Source: Deltaproteobacteria bacterium
GTDB lineage: Bacteria > UBA10199 > 2-02-FULL-44-16 > JAAZCA01
DNA: 64,000 bases
Direction of reading: 5' to 3'
Assembly: GCA_018645265.1 (NCBI GenBank)
Contig: JABGOS010000088.1
Location: forward strand, 11,083-75,082
Shown: in pieces, positions 38,177-50,779 of the stretch
Position numbering within the stretch: position 1 is the first letter of the stretch
Layout: the number at the start of each line of letters is the position of its first letter
Made by a program: the position numbers and the translations under genes
Notes under the pieces: generated by a model
What the model saw: only the letters and a program-made list of their open reading frames with translations
What the model was told of the DNA's origin: nothing
Database searches by the model: none

Positions 38177-38294
38177 CTAACCCTCCGAATTTAAAAGATA
38201 ATATTGCGTATAGTTGATTATACAATTATTATAATACTAAGTGCTGAAGTGCTCTGCATAGTAGAATTGATAAAATTTAGCAACTGCTAAATAA

Positions 38295-39557
38295 TTATTT
38301 CTTGATCAGCGAGGCGCCAAAAAAGCCATCCCAGCTGTAAGTGACGGGATTTGTTCTGAAATACATTCCATCGATAATATCGGTCGAGTCTACAGAATAA
38401 CGGGCAAAGTATTGATCTGGCTTCTCTAAAGCGAAGTCTCCGTTCCTCTCTAAAAATTTCTTCACGACATCATCATTTTCCTCATCGAACAGACTACAGG
38501 TCAGATAGACGACCCTTCCCCCTTCAGCAACAAACTGAGTTCCCTCATTTAGGATTTCCAATTGCATCTCTGCCCTATCCGAAATCAGTTTTTCATCGAT
38601 ACGCCATTTTAGATCAGGATTTCGACGTAAGGTCCCAGTCCCGGTACATGGGGCATCAATCAAAACGACATCAAATGATCCACGGAGTTTGTTGCTATCC
38701 ATCAAAGTGTCTTTAGATATAGTCTCTATACAATCGATTTTCATCCTCTTCGCTCTTGCATACAACTTCTTGAGTTTTTTTGAATCGATGTCCGATGCAA
38801 ACATCTGGCCCTGGCCGTTCATTAAATCCGCCAACATAAGAGATTTTCCACCTGCACCGGCGCACAGATCCAAAACCTTCTGTTTCTCACTGGAGAAAGC
38901 CAAGAACGTAGCAAGTTGACTAGCCTCATCCTGAATATCTATAGAACCATTCTTGTATGATGGCACGGTTTCGAGGTTCACCCTCTTGTTTAATCTGATA
39001 CCGAATGGAGACATTGTAGTCTCAAGTCCTTGTATTCCTAAATCCTTAAGCTCAGATATAATAATATCCCTATCAGTCTGAGCTTTGTTGATACGAAGAA
39101 CCGGCATAAGGGGTTCGTTCAGGGAAGGAAGACGGCCTTTATACTCTTCTGTACGATTCTTTTTTATTCTCCGATACAAAAAATCAGGCAATGAATAATA
39201 CGCAGCCTCACCACCTGGAAACCTATTCGAACCTACAGAATCATAATCAATACCGGAGAGCATTGCCTCAATAGTAGCATTGAGGACTAGTTTCTCTGAG
39301 CCCTCCGGTTTCTTCCACAAGTAGTAACACAGAATCCTATTCTGCCACGTCGATTTCCTGACACCAGACAGCTCAAGATATCCATCAAGGCGTCTTAACC
39401 AACGCATAACACCGAAGATCGTCTCGTAAAGCAGCCTTCGGTTCGCCCCGCTGATCTCCTTATGTTTCTTAAGATAAGCGGATAATACCCTATCGATTGG
39501 CTTGGGTTCTATCTCGAATGATTTAAGGACTGTAACTGAATGATCAATTATATTCAT
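38295..39557 (-). CDS. rsmB: RNA m5C methyltransferase, NOL1/NOP2/Sun (RsmB-like) family
   Basis: SAM motif DLCAGAGGKS. Catalytic DAPCTGTG and a second Cys region. Confidence 0.7.
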   Translation of the reverse strand: MNIIDHSVTVLKSFEIEPKPIDRVLSAYLKKHKEISGANRRLLYETIFGVMRWLRRLDGYLELSGVRKSTWQNRILCYYLWKKPEGSEKLVLNATIEAMLSGIDYDSVGSNRFPGGEAAYYSLPDFLYRRIKKNRTEEYKGRLPSLNEPLMPVLRINKAQTDRDIIISELKDLGIQGLETTMSPFGIRLNKRVNLETVPSYKNGSIDIQDEASQLATFLAFSSEKQKVLDLCAGAGGKSLMLADLMNGQGQMFASDIDSKKLKKLYARAKRMKIDCIETISKDTLMDSNKLRGSFDVVLIDAPCTGTGTLRRNPDLKWRIDEKLISDRAEMQLEILNEGTQFVAEGGRVVYLTCSLFDEENDDVVKKFLERNGDFALEKPDQYFARYSVDSTDIIDGMYFRTNPVTYSWDGFFGASLIKK

Positions 39558-39595
39558 AGAGACAACTATAAGATCCGCTTAAAGAACATTGGACA

Positions 39596-40897
<1,302 letters not shown>

Positions 40898-40913
40898 TTA
40901 ACATGCTTTAAAA

Positions 40914-42320
40914 CTACAGTATGTATCTCCTCAAATCCCTATCTTTCACGATCTCTGAGAGATGCTCCGTAACGTATTTCTTATCTATAACCAACTGCCC
41001 CGCTTTCATCTCAGGGGCTTCAAAGGAGATCTGTTCCAGCAGTTTCTCCATGACGGTATGCAATCGTCTAGCTCCAATATCCTCGAGCTGTGCATTGACC
41101 TCCGCTGCGACATCACAGATCTCATCTATCGCATCATCCTTGAAGTTCAGTTTCAATCCCTCGGTATCCATCATAGCCCTATACTGTTTGATAAGCGAAT
41201 TTTCAGGTTCCGTTAGGATTTTAATAAAATCCCCTTTATTCAATGAGTCGAGCTCAACACGAATGGGAAACCTACCCTGAAGCTCCGGTATCAGATCGCT
41301 GGGCTTCGATGAATGGAAGGCACCTGCTGCTATAAAGAGGATATGATCGGTCCTGACCAGACCATGTTTTGTCGTAACCGTAGAACCTTCAATTATTGGA
41401 AGAATATCCCGCTGAACTCCCTCTCGAGAAACATCAGGACCTTGCCCACCCCTCTCACCTGACGATCTCGCTATCTTATCCACCTCATCCAAAAAGATGA
41501 TGCCGTTTTGTTCAACGCGCTCAATTGCATTCTTCGTTACATTCTCCATATCGATCAATCTCGATGCCTCTTCCGCTGCAAGATGTTCAAGCGCCTTCGG
41601 AACTTTCATCTTTCTCTTTTTATTTCCTGAAGGGAATATATTGGAGAACATATCTCGAAGGTTTGAGTTCATCTCATCGATACTTCCAGCTGCCACAACC
41701 TCTACGGAAGGAAATCCTTGCCTTGGCTGTGATTGAATCTCAATCTTTCTATCATCCAACTTCCCCTCACGGAGAAGTTTTCTAAGGCGCTCTCTCGTCT
41801 CAACCGCCTTCTGCTCCTGCTTCGCCTCCGCCTGCTCTATCTCCTCCGCTGAAGGAAGCTCCCCAGTTGAGACCTCCGGTTCCTCATCTGAAGCATTAGA
41901 ACCTGGAAGGAGGAGATCCAAAAGCCTCTCCTCAGCCAACTCCTGAGCGCGAACTTTGACTTTTTCTGATTCCTCTTCGCGAACCATTTTTATAGCAACC
42001 TCGGCAAGTTCACGAATCATAGACTCGACATCCTTACCGACATATCCGACCTCGGTGAATTTAGATGCCTCGACCTTAATAAATGGAGCCTGCGCAAGCT
42101 TCGCAAGCCTTCTTGCAATCTCAGTTTTTCCAACACCGGTAGGCCCCATCATTATGATATTCTTTGGTACGATCTCATCGCGCAAATCATCGGCAACCTG
42201 CCTGCGACGCCATCTATTCCTAAGCGCTATTGAGACCGATTTCTTCGCCTTATTCTGTCCTATGATGAAGCGATCAAGCTCCGACACGATTTCACGCGGT
42301 GTAAAATTCTTTTCATTCAT
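40914..42320 (-). CDS. hslU: ATP-dependent protease ATPase subunit HslU
   Basis: Walker [19 protein letters not shown]-domain. C-terminal tail typical of HslU. Confidence 0.9.
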   Translation of the reverse strand: MNEKNFTPREIVSELDRFIIGQNKAKKSVSIALRNRWRRRQVADDLRDEIVPKNIIMMGPTGVGKTEIARRLAKLAQAPFIKVEASKFTEVGYVGKDVESMIRELAEVAIKMVREEESEKVKVRAQELAEERLLDLLLPGSNASDEEPEVSTGELPSAEEIEQAEAKQEQKAVETRERLRKLLREGKLDDRKIEIQSQPRQGFPSVEVVAAGSIDEMNSNLRDMFSNIFPSGNKKRKMKVPKALEHLAAEEASRLIDMENVTKNAIERVEQNGIIFLDEVDKIARSSGERGGQGPDVSREGVQRDILPIIEGSTVTTKHGLVRTDHILFIAAGAFHSSKPSDLIPELQGRFPIRVELDSLNKGDFIKILTEPENSLIKQYRAMMDTEGLKLNFKDDAIDEICDVAAEVNAQLEDIGARRLHTVMEKLLEQISFEAPEMKAGQLVIDKKYVTEHLSEIVKDRDLRRYIL

Positions 42321-42369
42321 AAAATTTAAAACTCCTATTCACGTCTAATTTTTGAAATAGCTCAAATGA

Positions 42370-42900
42370 TTATTTTAGAACTTCAATTTGAATCTTATCA
42401 TTAGTATAGATGCATATCTCAGATGTAATTCTCATACCCTCTTTGACTATTTTTTCAGCATCCAATTTTGAATGCTGCAGCATAGCTCTCGCAGCTGCCA
42501 AGGCATATGGACCACCTGAGCCTATGGCGGTAACATCATCATCTGGCTCCAACACATCGCCCGTACCTGAAATTGTAAAAGTCTTCTCCTTATCGGCGAC
42601 TATCATCATAGCCTCCAGCTTTCTCAGAATACGATCAGTTCGCCAATCCTTAGCAAGTTCAACAGCCGCCCTTGTCAAGTTGCCGCGATATTCATCCAAT
42701 TTTGCCTCAAATCTCTCAAACAGCGTAAATGCATCAGCGCTTGAACCTGCAAAGCCCGTAATAACCTTACCATCGAGCATAGTCCTTATCTTGCGTGCAC
42801 CACTTTTCATAATGGTGTTGCCGAAGCTCACCTGTCCATCCCCACCAAGTGCAACTTCACCTTTTTTCCTGACACAGAGAATCGTAGTCGATTTAAACAT
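42370..42900 (-). CDS. hslV: ATP-dependent protease subunit HslV
   Basis: N-terminal Thr (TTILCVRK) and the GGxGxxxA proteasome-beta fold. Confidence 0.9.
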   Translation of the reverse strand: MFKSTTILCVRKKGEVALGGDGQVSFGNTIMKSGARKIRTMLDGKVITGFAGSSADAFTLFERFEAKLDEYRGNLTRAAVELAKDWRTDRILRKLEAMMIVADKEKTFTISGTGDVLEPDDDVTAIGSGGPYALAAARAMLQHSKLDAEKIVKEGMRITSEICIYTNDKIQIEVLK

Positions 42901-43056
42901 AGCACCTCCTGAGTGAACGGCAGCCTTCCTTAGTAAAATGTCCTGGAAAAATCAAATAGATAACTTACATCCGATACAAACCAGGCAAGGTCATTCTCAT
43001 TCAGGCGTTCAATATGGTGTCGAGTCGAACGAAGTCAATGCATCATTTCAGAATGA

Positions 43057-43078
43057 TTAAGTGTCCGACACCTTTAAA
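43057..43078. repeat. REP-like element copy 5 (core GTGTCCGACACC)
   Basis: Lies in the hslV-xerC intergenic region. Confidence 0.7.
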
Positions 43079-43111
43079 GTTAGAATTATTAGCTCATTTT
43101 AAATAAAACAA

Positions 43112-43147
43112 CCCCCGAGGTGTGCTTTACAGCCTTAACCCCGGGGG
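43112..43147 (-). terminator. Stem-loop (AACCCCCG/CGGGGGTT, 8 bp) with T-run on minus strand; probable xerC terminator
   Basis: Sits between two REP copies. The minus-strand read gives the hairpin followed by GTTTTATTT. Confidence 0.45.
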
Positions 43148-43157
43148 TTGCAAATAA

Positions 43158-43179
43158 CTAAAAGTGTCCGACACTTTCC
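43158..43179. repeat. REP-like element copy 6 (AAAAGTGTCCGACACTTTCC)
   Basis: 4 nt past the xerC stop. Confidence 0.7.
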
Positions 43180-43182
43180 TCG

Positions 43183-44088
43183 TTATGCCTTAGGATGAGA
43201 CTTATCGTATGTATCCATAAGTCCCTCAACACTCACATGTGTGTATTTCTGCGTCGTTGAAAGGCTGGCATGCCCGAGAAGCTCTTGAATACCCCTCATA
43301 TCCGCACCAGAACCCAAAAGATGTGTCGCAAATGTATGTCTAAGAATGTGAGGAGTAACCTTCTTCTGAAGCCCACAGACTTTTATGTATTTATTGAGCA
43401 TTCTCTCTATTGAGCGCGCTGTCAACCTGCCGCCACGCCTATTCACAAACAGCGCTTCCTGCTTCGCGCCATCCGGCGTCAGCACAGATCTAAACTCGAT
43501 ATACGCACCTATCGACCTACAGGCCTTCTCCCCAACAGGAACTATCCGTTCTTTCCGCCCTTTACCTAATACCCTCACCGTCCTCTCATCGAGGTCTACA
43601 TTGTCGAGATCGAGCTCCACGAGCTCACCGACACGGATCCCGGAAGCGTATAGAAGTTCTATTATAGCCTTATCTCTGGAGCCCAGGGCTTCATCGCCAC
43701 ATGGGGCATCAAGAAGAGAAAAGACCTCGTCAACTGTAAGAAATTTTGGAATTTTCTTCGGCACCTTAGGAGTTGCAACCTCTTTCGCCGGGTTATAATT
43801 GACTACACCCTTTCTCAAGCAATATTGAAAAAAGGTACGCAATGATGCCAATTTTCTAGCCATCGAAGATGGAGAGTGATCCTTGACCATATGGCCCAGA
43901 TAATCTCTCACCACATTGGCATCAACCTTAGTCAGATAAGATGCTTCCTTATCCATCACCCCTGGAAAACGCACACCCATGAAGGTGAAAAACTGGGTTA
44001 AATCAACCATATAGTTCTTGTGAGTGTGCGGCGACACGACTTTTTCGTGTTGTAGATAGGTCTCGAATTTTCTAATAAGTTGTCTCAT
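43183..44088 (-). CDS. xerC: Tyrosine recombinase XerC/XerD
   Basis: R..HxxR..Y catalytic set (HILRHTFATHLL and Y in TQKYTHV). Lies upstream of hslVU, as in the Bacillus codV-clpQ-clpY arrangement. Confidence 0.85.
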   Translation of the reverse strand: MRQLIRKFETYLQHEKVVSPHTHKNYMVDLTQFFTFMGVRFPGVMDKEASYLTKVDANVVRDYLGHMVKDHSPSSMARKLASLRTFFQYCLRKGVVNYNPAKEVATPKVPKKIPKFLTVDEVFSLLDAPCGDEALGSRDKAIIELLYASGIRVGELVELDLDNVDLDERTVRVLGKGRKERIVPVGEKACRSIGAYIEFRSVLTPDGAKQEALFVNRRGGRLTARSIERMLNKYIKVCGLQKKVTPHILRHTFATHLLGSGADMRGIQELLGHASLSTTQKYTHVSVEGLMDTYDKSHPKA

Positions 44089-44228
44089 TTTACCCCTCCC
44101 CCAAGGTTAAAGGGATTCTACCGGACAAACTGATAAAATCAACATCTTTGTCGCATAATCACTGAGATCGAGAATCTCTGATTTATGGGCAATGTCGCCA
44201 ACTCATTATAGTGTATATTATTGTTTAT

Positions 44229-45881
44229 TTACAGATACTTAAGACTTGGAATGATTTTACGAGATCCGTAAAATAGGATACAAGGCATGATGAACATGAA
44301 AACAATATAAAGATATATCGATAAATTTGACTTCGATCTTACGTCATTGGCTATAAACGAACACGCCCCCCCATCCGCAGCGCCTGCGAAATGACCGCTG
44401 CCCCCAGCGCTCGTCTTCTCTTCAGGACTCTGAGCAGGTGAACCACCCCCTCCTCCGCCAGCAGCTACATCGTCTGGACAGACTTTCGTCTTGGGGTCGT
44501 AGACATCCGGTATCCCATTTGTATTCGCATCGAGCCATCCCCCCTCCATGAGATCGGGACATGAATCACCATCCGAGTCACCATCCCTGGCATTCGAAAC
44601 ACCATCACAATCGATATCGGTTAGCATTTCTGGTGAAGAACATTCACCCTCTCCAATAACCATTCGATAATCGAAATCCGGTATACCATCCCCATCAAAA
44701 TCACCCAGAGTTTCGACACCATCGCTTAAGCCGTCGGAATCTGTATCGACTATCGAGGGATCGCTCTCATTGTGATCGACCCAACCATTTGCATTTAAAT
44801 CCTCCAGACCATCCTCCAGGCCATCGCCATCGGAATCCGGATTGAGAGGATTCATCTCGTTAGGTTTTTTAAAATTCGTTCCGGATGGCTGAAGGCCATG
44901 GCATCCGTTGTATGATATCGGCTGGATCCTTCCCATCTCCACCCCATCAGACAGGCCATCACCATCGGTATCGCATTCATTTATGAGAGTACCTGCTCGA
45001 ACCTCGTCACCATCGGAGACACCATCACCATCCGAATCAGCCCTGATAGGATCAGATTCAGATGAACCGTTTATCTCACCATCTCCATCGCGATCCCCTT
45101 CCTCACCATCTAGAAGGCCATCGTTATCTGAATCAGGATTCAATGGGTCCATCTCCAGCCAAATGACATGTTCCTCATCCTCAGTAAGTTCACCATCACG
45201 AAGACCATTGAAATTAGGGTCTTCAAGTCCATCAACAACTCCATCATCATCGGTATCGTCGAGACTTGGATCGGTCATACTGCTGACGTCGAGGTCGAAC
45301 AGCGCGGCTACGTTATGAATACCTGGCAAAGAATCATCATATGAAATTACATTTTCAAATGCCGACACTAGATTGTCATCCAATATTTTTTTACAGCGCG
45401 ATGTCGGAATATACTTAGGGCGACTTGGCATACGATCAATCAGTTGCAGCAGTTCTTCCTTCGTAACCCCCACCTCGACACCGTCAGGAATACAGTCACC
45501 ATCGGAATCACTTTTTAGAGGATCGAGTCGATCTGGAAAGCGAATGCGAACTTCTTCATTACCCAAAAGCTCTTCCACCCTGCCAATATGAAGGCGCTCC
45601 TCACCATCGCTCAAGCCATCTGCATCGGAATCTGGATTGTTTAAATCTGTCTCACCATTTTCAGGCTCCCAAACTCCGTCACCATCATGGTCCTCAGCCT
45701 CATCTAGCAGACCATCGCAGTCGGCATCCATGTTACAACCATCACTCTCAACCGTAGCGGGTTCACCATCAGCCGCAAATGCATCGGGAACAATAGATAA
45801 GGAGAGAACAATAAGACCCACCACAATAAGCAGCGCAACGTTATGGCCAATAAAGACCATTATTTTAATAGCTCTATTCAT
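44229..45881 (-). CDS. Secreted calcium-binding protein with thrombospondin type-3-like Asp repeats (550 aa) and C-terminal Cys-containing sorting-like tag
   Basis: Signal peptide. Repeats DSDADGLSDG, DTDDDGVVDG, DSDGDGLEDG and DTDSDGLSDG. A Gly-rich spacer is followed by GGACSFIAN, then TM IYLYIVFMFIMPCILFY, then GSRK. Confidence 0.65.
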   Translation of the reverse strand: MNRAIKIMVFIGHNVALLIVVGLIVLSLSIVPDAFAADGEPATVESDGCNMDADCDGLLDEAEDHDGDGVWEPENGETDLNNPDSDADGLSDGEERLHIGRVEELLGNEEVRIRFPDRLDPLKSDSDGDCIPDGVEVGVTKEELLQLIDRMPSRPKYIPTSRCKKILDDNLVSAFENVISYDDSLPGIHNVAALFDLDVSSMTDPSLDDTDDDGVVDGLEDPNFNGLRDGELTEDEEHVIWLEMDPLNPDSDNDGLLDGEEGDRDGDGEINGSSESDPIRADSDGDGVSDGDEVRAGTLINECDTDGDGLSDGVEMGRIQPISYNGCHGLQPSGTNFKKPNEMNPLNPDSDGDGLEDGLEDLNANGWVDHNESDPSIVDTDSDGLSDGVETLGDFDGDGIPDFDYRMVIGEGECSSPEMLTDIDCDGVSNARDGDSDGDSCPDLMEGGWLDANTNGIPDVYDPKTKVCPDDVAAGGGGGGSPAQSPEEKTSAGGSGHFAGAADGGACSFIANDVRSKSNLSIYLYIVFMFIMPCILFYGSRKIIPSLKYL

Positions 45882-46081
45882 GTATACCCTTTTCGACTGA
45901 CGTAAAAATATGTTGCGTGGTTTTTCTAATACAGGAGCGATCCCCCTACTAGCCGCAACGCAGCATAATTATAGGTTTTTTTGTTGTCATCACGCGTCAC
46001 ATCCCTAACGCACTGTACGTTGAATTTACGCAACTTTCTGTAAGGATAGTCGATAAGTTCTCCACGGAAAGGATACCCAAG

Positions 46082-46966
46082 ATGTCATCGATATGTAACC
46101 CTCTATCGGGGGAGAAACGCGACTACTGCATGGCACTCGATCAACAGTGCGATGCACTCCTCTCTGGGGACAAGAAGAGCATCAAGCTCGATTTGATGAA
46201 CGGTAAGTCATACAACTATACCGATATCGATCTATGCCGATCCTTCCTAAAATTTCAAGTGACGCACGGTGCAGTACCACCAGGCTTTAAAGAAATAAAG
46301 AGAACGACTGGGGGAACAACACCTACGACTACATACACGCCCAAAAGTACACCTTCCACAGATCTCGTTGCAAAAAGATGCATTGCAGCCGTACCTGTCG
46401 GAGTTCTTCCGGAATGCCAAAGACTGATGTCCATATGCTATTCGAAAGCGACTGGACCTTACCAACTTCCAACTAGCAGCGGCTTACAAACAATAGCTGA
46501 TCAGGACCAATGCTTCTCATTGGCTATATTTTATTCAAAATTCAGTGCACCCACTACAGACACGACCTATATCTCGACTGACACGAAACCGGGATGGACT
46601 GTGAATGGCAAGACAACTTTTGCAGCCAGCTTTGCAAGGGTCAGATTCGCACCCAATAAGAGTGAAGTAATCCACACACAGAAGCTAACTCTACCATTTC
46701 ATTATGGATGGACGATAAAGGGCATCAAAATCACAATTGCATATAAGTTACAGCAAAGAAGCGATTCTCGATATGCTATCCGCTACAACATCTATTACGG
46801 CGATACAAAAGTACCGGATAAAATCACAGATATGGACCTAACGAGGGCAGTAGGATTTGGATTCAAAGCTGGCGATACTATGACGGATATCCTCTCCTTT
46901 GGCGTAACGCTAGGCAATGAAGGCGATTTCGGAAATATCCAATCTATAGATATCGTAAAACTATAA
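46082..46966 (+). CDS. Hypothetical Cys/Thr-rich protein
   Basis: No recognisable motifs. Divergent from the 550-aa TSP3 gene. An in-frame upstream stop fixes the start. Confidence 0.4.
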   Translation: MSSICNPLSGEKRDYCMALDQQCDALLSGDKKSIKLDLMNGKSYNYTDIDLCRSFLKFQVTHGAVPPGFKEIKRTTGGTTPTTTYTPKSTPSTDLVAKRCIAAVPVGVLPECQRLMSICYSKATGPYQLPTSSGLQTIADQDQCFSLAIFYSKFSAPTTDTTYISTDTKPGWTVNGKTTFAASFARVRFAPNKSEVIHTQKLTLPFHYGWTIKGIKITIAYKLQQRSDSRYAIRYNIYYGDTKVPDKITDMDLTRAVGFGFKAGDTMTDILSFGVTLGNEGDFGNIQSIDIVKL

Positions 46967-47002
46967 TAAGAATGATTTCTTACGACATGAATGAGCGCTG
47001 CT

Positions 47003-49270
47003 CTATTCCATTTTTTTCTTAAAGCTACATTCCTTCTTAGGACAAGCTATCGAAGTCTCGCCACTCCTCTTGGAATATTTCTCAACTAGAATAGGATTCC
47101 CGCAGTCAGGACACTTCTCCGCAACCGGTTTATCCCAAGTTGCAAAATCACAATTCGGATACTTATTGCATCCAAAGAATATCTTTCCACGCTTTGTGCT
47201 CTTCTGGACCAGTTCGCCATCCGCACACTGAGGGCATTTCACACCAGTGCTGATCGATTTCGTATTCTTACAATCAGGGTATCCAGAGCAAGCCAGAAAT
47301 TTTCCGAATTTACCCCTCTTTACGACCATAGCTTTACCACATTTATCGCAGATCTCCTCCGTCTCTATAGCTTTCTTGATCTGTATCTCACCGGCATCAT
47401 CCCTCACGAACTCCTTAGTGGTTCTACATTCCGGATAGGTTGAACAAGCCAAGAATTCGCCATGTTTTCCCCACTTGATAACCATATTGTTGTTGCACTT
47501 CTCACACACGATATCTGTGACGACCTGCTGCCTTTTAACATCGCGCATCTTCTCCCTGGCTTCCCCAAGTGCTTTTTCAAAAGGACCATAAAAATCCTTT
47601 AATGTATTCAGCCAAGATACCTTACCCTCCTCGACTTCATCGAGCTCCCTCTCCATATGGGCGGTAAAACCTATTTCAAGGATTTTCGGAAAACTAGAAA
47701 CCAGGAGATCATTCACCAGCTTGCCAAGCTCTGACGGATGAAACCTCTTCTCCATTTTCCTTACATATCCCTTATCCTGAATTGTACTCATGATGGATGC
47801 ATATGTGGATGGCCGTCCGATTCCCTTCTCCTCCAACTCCTTGACGAGCGATGCTTCAGTAAAACGCGGTGGCGGCTGTGTAAAATGCTGATGAGGATCT
47901 ATCTCGATGAGTTTTAATTCTTCGCCCTCTTTTAAATCGGGCATTGTAGGATTATCTTCCTCGTCCTTCTCCTTCTCCTCATCCACACCTTCCATGTACA
48001 CGGAGATGAAGCCAGGAAAGCGCATTACTTGACCTGTCGCACGCAGTTTAAATCTTCCCGCCATAACATCAAATGCCGTTTGATCGAATACAGCTGGTTT
48101 CATCTGAGACGCTATAAAGCGCTTCCATATAAGATCATACAACCTATACGCATCTCGTTCGAGATATTCCTTCACCACCTCCGGAGAACGATCCATCGAT
48201 GTAGGTCTGATAGCTTCATGCGCATCCTGGGCGCCTCGTTTACTCTTATAGATAACGGGTTTATCGGGAAGCATTTTATCGCCGTATTTATCCTTGATGT
48301 AATCCCTGACCATATCGAGCGCTAAATTTGAAACACGGATAGAATCCGTTCTCATATAAGTGATCAGACCAACAGCTCCTTCACCGCCTATCTCAATTCC
48401 TTCGTATAGCATCTGGGCAAGCGCCATAGTCTTCTTTGCAGTAAAACCAAGCTTTCTTGCAGCCTCCTGCTGAATCTTTGAGGTGATAAAAGGCGGAGAT
48501 GGTCTTCTCCTGCGTTCACTCTTCCTAATCGCTGCCAATGTAAAATTCTGTTTACGAAGTTCATCGACTATCGAGGTGGCACCACCCTCATCTGAGATGT
48601 CGAAATCCTTCTCCTCAATTTTTATTAGTTTAGCTTCAAACTGGGGAGGAAGACTTCCCTCAAGCTTAGTAACAACCGACCAATATTCCTTCGATTGAAA
48701 GGCATCAACCTCCGCCTCGCGCTCACAGACGATCCTCACCGCAACGGACTGCACTCTACCTGCGGAGAGCCCCCTTCTCACCTTATCCCACAAGAGCGGA
48801 CTTATTCTATAACCGACCAATCGATCCAAAACCCTTCGAGCCTGCTGTGCTTCAAATAGGTTGCCATCCAACTCCGTGGGATTATCTATAGCTTCTTTGA
48901 TTGCTGCTTTCGTAATTTCGTTGAATCGCGCACGATGAATCGTTGGACAATTTTTCTTGGTGGCCTTCTTTATTCGGTCCGCTATATGCCACGCAATAGC
49001 CTCTCCCTCTCGATCTGGATCGGGTGCGAGAAATACTGAATCCGATTTCTTAGCTGCATCGGTGATCTTTTTGAGAACCTTCGATTTACCACGTATGATG
49101 ACGTATTTTGGCGTAAAATCATTTTCGACATCAACGCCTAGCTCACGAGTTGGAAGATCGATAACATGACCCACCGAGGCGATCACAGAAAAGTTCTTTC
49201 CGAGATACTTCTTGATAGTTTTGGCCTTCGCCGGAGATTCGACCACTACAAGCGCATTTCCCATTATCAT
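47003..49270 (-). CDS. topA: DNA topoisomerase I with C-terminal C4 zinc-ribbon repeats
   Basis: Toprim N-terminus (ALVVVESPAKAKTI). Active Tyr region. Three or more CxxC...CxxC ribbons at the C-terminus. Confidence 0.9.
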   Translation of the reverse strand: MIMGNALVVVESPAKAKTIKKYLGKNFSVIASVGHVIDLPTRELGVDVENDFTPKYVIIRGKSKVLKKITDAAKKSDSVFLAPDPDREGEAIAWHIADRIKKATKKNCPTIHRARFNEITKAAIKEAIDNPTELDGNLFEAQQARRVLDRLVGYRISPLLWDKVRRGLSAGRVQSVAVRIVCEREAEVDAFQSKEYWSVVTKLEGSLPPQFEAKLIKIEEKDFDISDEGGATSIVDELRKQNFTLAAIRKSERRRRPSPPFITSKIQQEAARKLGFTAKKTMALAQMLYEGIEIGGEGAVGLITYMRTDSIRVSNLALDMVRDYIKDKYGDKMLPDKPVIYKSKRGAQDAHEAIRPTSMDRSPEVVKEYLERDAYRLYDLIWKRFIASQMKPAVFDQTAFDVMAGRFKLRATGQVMRFPGFISVYMEGVDEEKEKDEEDNPTMPDLKEGEELKLIEIDPHQHFTQPPPRFTEASLVKELEEKGIGRPSTYASIMSTIQDKGYVRKMEKRFHPSELGKLVNDLLVSSFPKILEIGFTAHMERELDEVEEGKVSWLNTLKDFYGPFEKALGEAREKMRDVKRQQVVTDIVCEKCNNNMVIKWGKHGEFLACSTYPECRTTKEFVRDDAGEIQIKKAIETEEICDKCGKAMVVKRGKFGKFLACSGYPDCKNTKSISTGVKCPQCADGELVQKSTKRGKIFFGCNKYPNCDFATWDKPVAEKCPDCGNPILVEKYSKRSGETSIACPKKECSFKKKME

Positions 49271-50373
49271 CTCCCAATGCGAAACCTTCGTCCAGGCAAC
49301 TCCAGTATCTCACCACCCAGCGTAAGCTTCGTTATTTCCATCAGAATCTTTGATGTTTCCATTCCAGTTTTTTTAATGAGTTCATCCACCGTAACCTCAC
49401 CGCGTTTGGGGAAAAAGCTCAAAAGTGTTGAACCCTTACCCACATCATCTTCAAAATGTCCAGATTTTTTCAAATCGGGCCATTTTTCAAGCTCCCTCTC
49501 CACTATCCCTAACATGTCATCGACGCTCTCAACGAGAGTGGCTCCATCACGGATCAATCCGTTGGATCCCGCAACAGCCCAACTTCCACCAACACCAGGC
49601 ACTGCAAATACTTCACGCCCTTGCTCAAGCGCGAGCTTCGCTGTGATAAGGCTGCCGCTCGAATGTGCTGCCTGCACTATCAACACCCCCAAGCTCATTC
49701 CGCTAATAATTCTATTTCTCTGTGGAAAATACGATGGGTAGGGTCTGATCCCGATTGGAAATTCAGATAGCAGCAGACCATTATCAGAAATTTTTTGAGA
49801 TAAGCTGAGATGTTCAGCAGGATAAATATGATCTAAACCACACCCAAAGACAGCAATCGTATTACCCTGAGCATCCAGAGCTCCCCTGTGTGCCGCAGCA
49901 TCAACGCCATAAGCCATTCCACTAACTATACAGAAACCCGATTCACAGAGTGAACCAGCGATTTCAAAGGCAAGTCGCTTACCATCGGAATTCGCCTTTC
50001 TAGATCCGACAATTCCTACACATGGGATGTTTAATCTAAGTTCTCCCCGCCCCCTTACCGTAATAGCAAGTGGAGGATCAACAATCTCCCTCAGCATTCT
50101 TGGATAGCTCTCATCACAGATGCATATTATGCTAGTCAGAGATGCCTTGGCATGATTCCAAATCTTCTCTAACTTCTTCCAATCATTGAAATTCTTAAAT
50201 TTAAGCCATGCGGATTCTTGATACCCAAAAAGGTCTCTAAAACGGATACGATCTCCTGTGAATACTCCACTAGCTGATCCCTCGGCTTTGATAAGCTCCG
50301 ACATCAATCTTGGATAACCATGTAGAATTGTTTGGATTGCGAACAAAAAAAACCGCTCATCCTCATTAGCCAT
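49267..50373 (-). CDS. dprA: DNA processing protein DprA (Smf)
   Basis: Rossmann-like core GIVGSRKANSDGKRLAFEIA. Coupled upstream of topA by a 4-nt overlap. Confidence 0.85.
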   Translation of the reverse strand: MANEDERFFLFAIQTILHGYPRLMSELIKAEGSASGVFTGDRIRFRDLFGYQESAWLKFKNFNDWKKLEKIWNHAKASLTSIICICDESYPRMLREIVDPPLAITVRGRGELRLNIPCVGIVGSRKANSDGKRLAFEIAGSLCESGFCIVSGMAYGVDAAAHRGALDAQGNTIAVFGCGLDHIYPAEHLSLSQKISDNGLLLSEFPIGIRPYPSYFPQRNRIISGMSLGVLIVQAAHSSGSLITAKLALEQGREVFAVPGVGGSWAVAGSNGLIRDGATLVESVDDMLGIVERELEKWPDLKKSGHFEDDVGKGSTLLSFFPKRGEVTVDELIKKTGMETSKILMEITKLTLGGEILELPGRRFRIGR

Positions 50374-50431
50374 AACTCCTCCTTTGCTAATTTGGCACGA
50401 ACGGCAAAAGTCTATCTATTATATGGTCTCG

Positions 50432-50779
50432 TTAGAACGACTGCCCGCCGGTATCCGTACTACCATCGGTGCTTTGGGGTGGCGTAGGCGTCGACGCGCC
50501 AGCGCTACCATCGACTCTATCCTTAAGCTCCTTACCTACCTTAAAAAAAGGCAGTCTCTTAGGACTTACTTGGATGGAATCACCCGTTCTCGGATTTCTT
50601 CCCGTATAGGACTTGTACTCCTTAACTACGAAGCTGCCTAACCCACGGATTTCAATCCGTTCCCCCTTGGCCATAGCATTCGTCATCGAATCGAAGATGA
50701 GGTTGACAACATCCTCCGCCTTCTTCTTCGTTATCTTTGATTTTTCCGCTACAGCCTCGATGAGTTCTGACTTATTCAT
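50432..50779 (-). CDS. HU/IHF-family DNA-binding protein with Ser/Thr/Gly/Pro-rich C-terminal tail
   Basis: MNKSELIEAVAEKS...GFGSF..R..R.GRNP.TG arm motif, followed by a 25-aa low-complexity tail. Confidence 0.8.
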   Translation of the reverse strand: MNKSELIEAVAEKSKITKKKAEDVVNLIFDSMTNAMAKGERIEIRGLGSFVVKEYKSYTGRNPRTGDSIQVSPKRLPFFKVGKELKDRVDGSAGASTPTPPQSTDGSTDTGGQSF

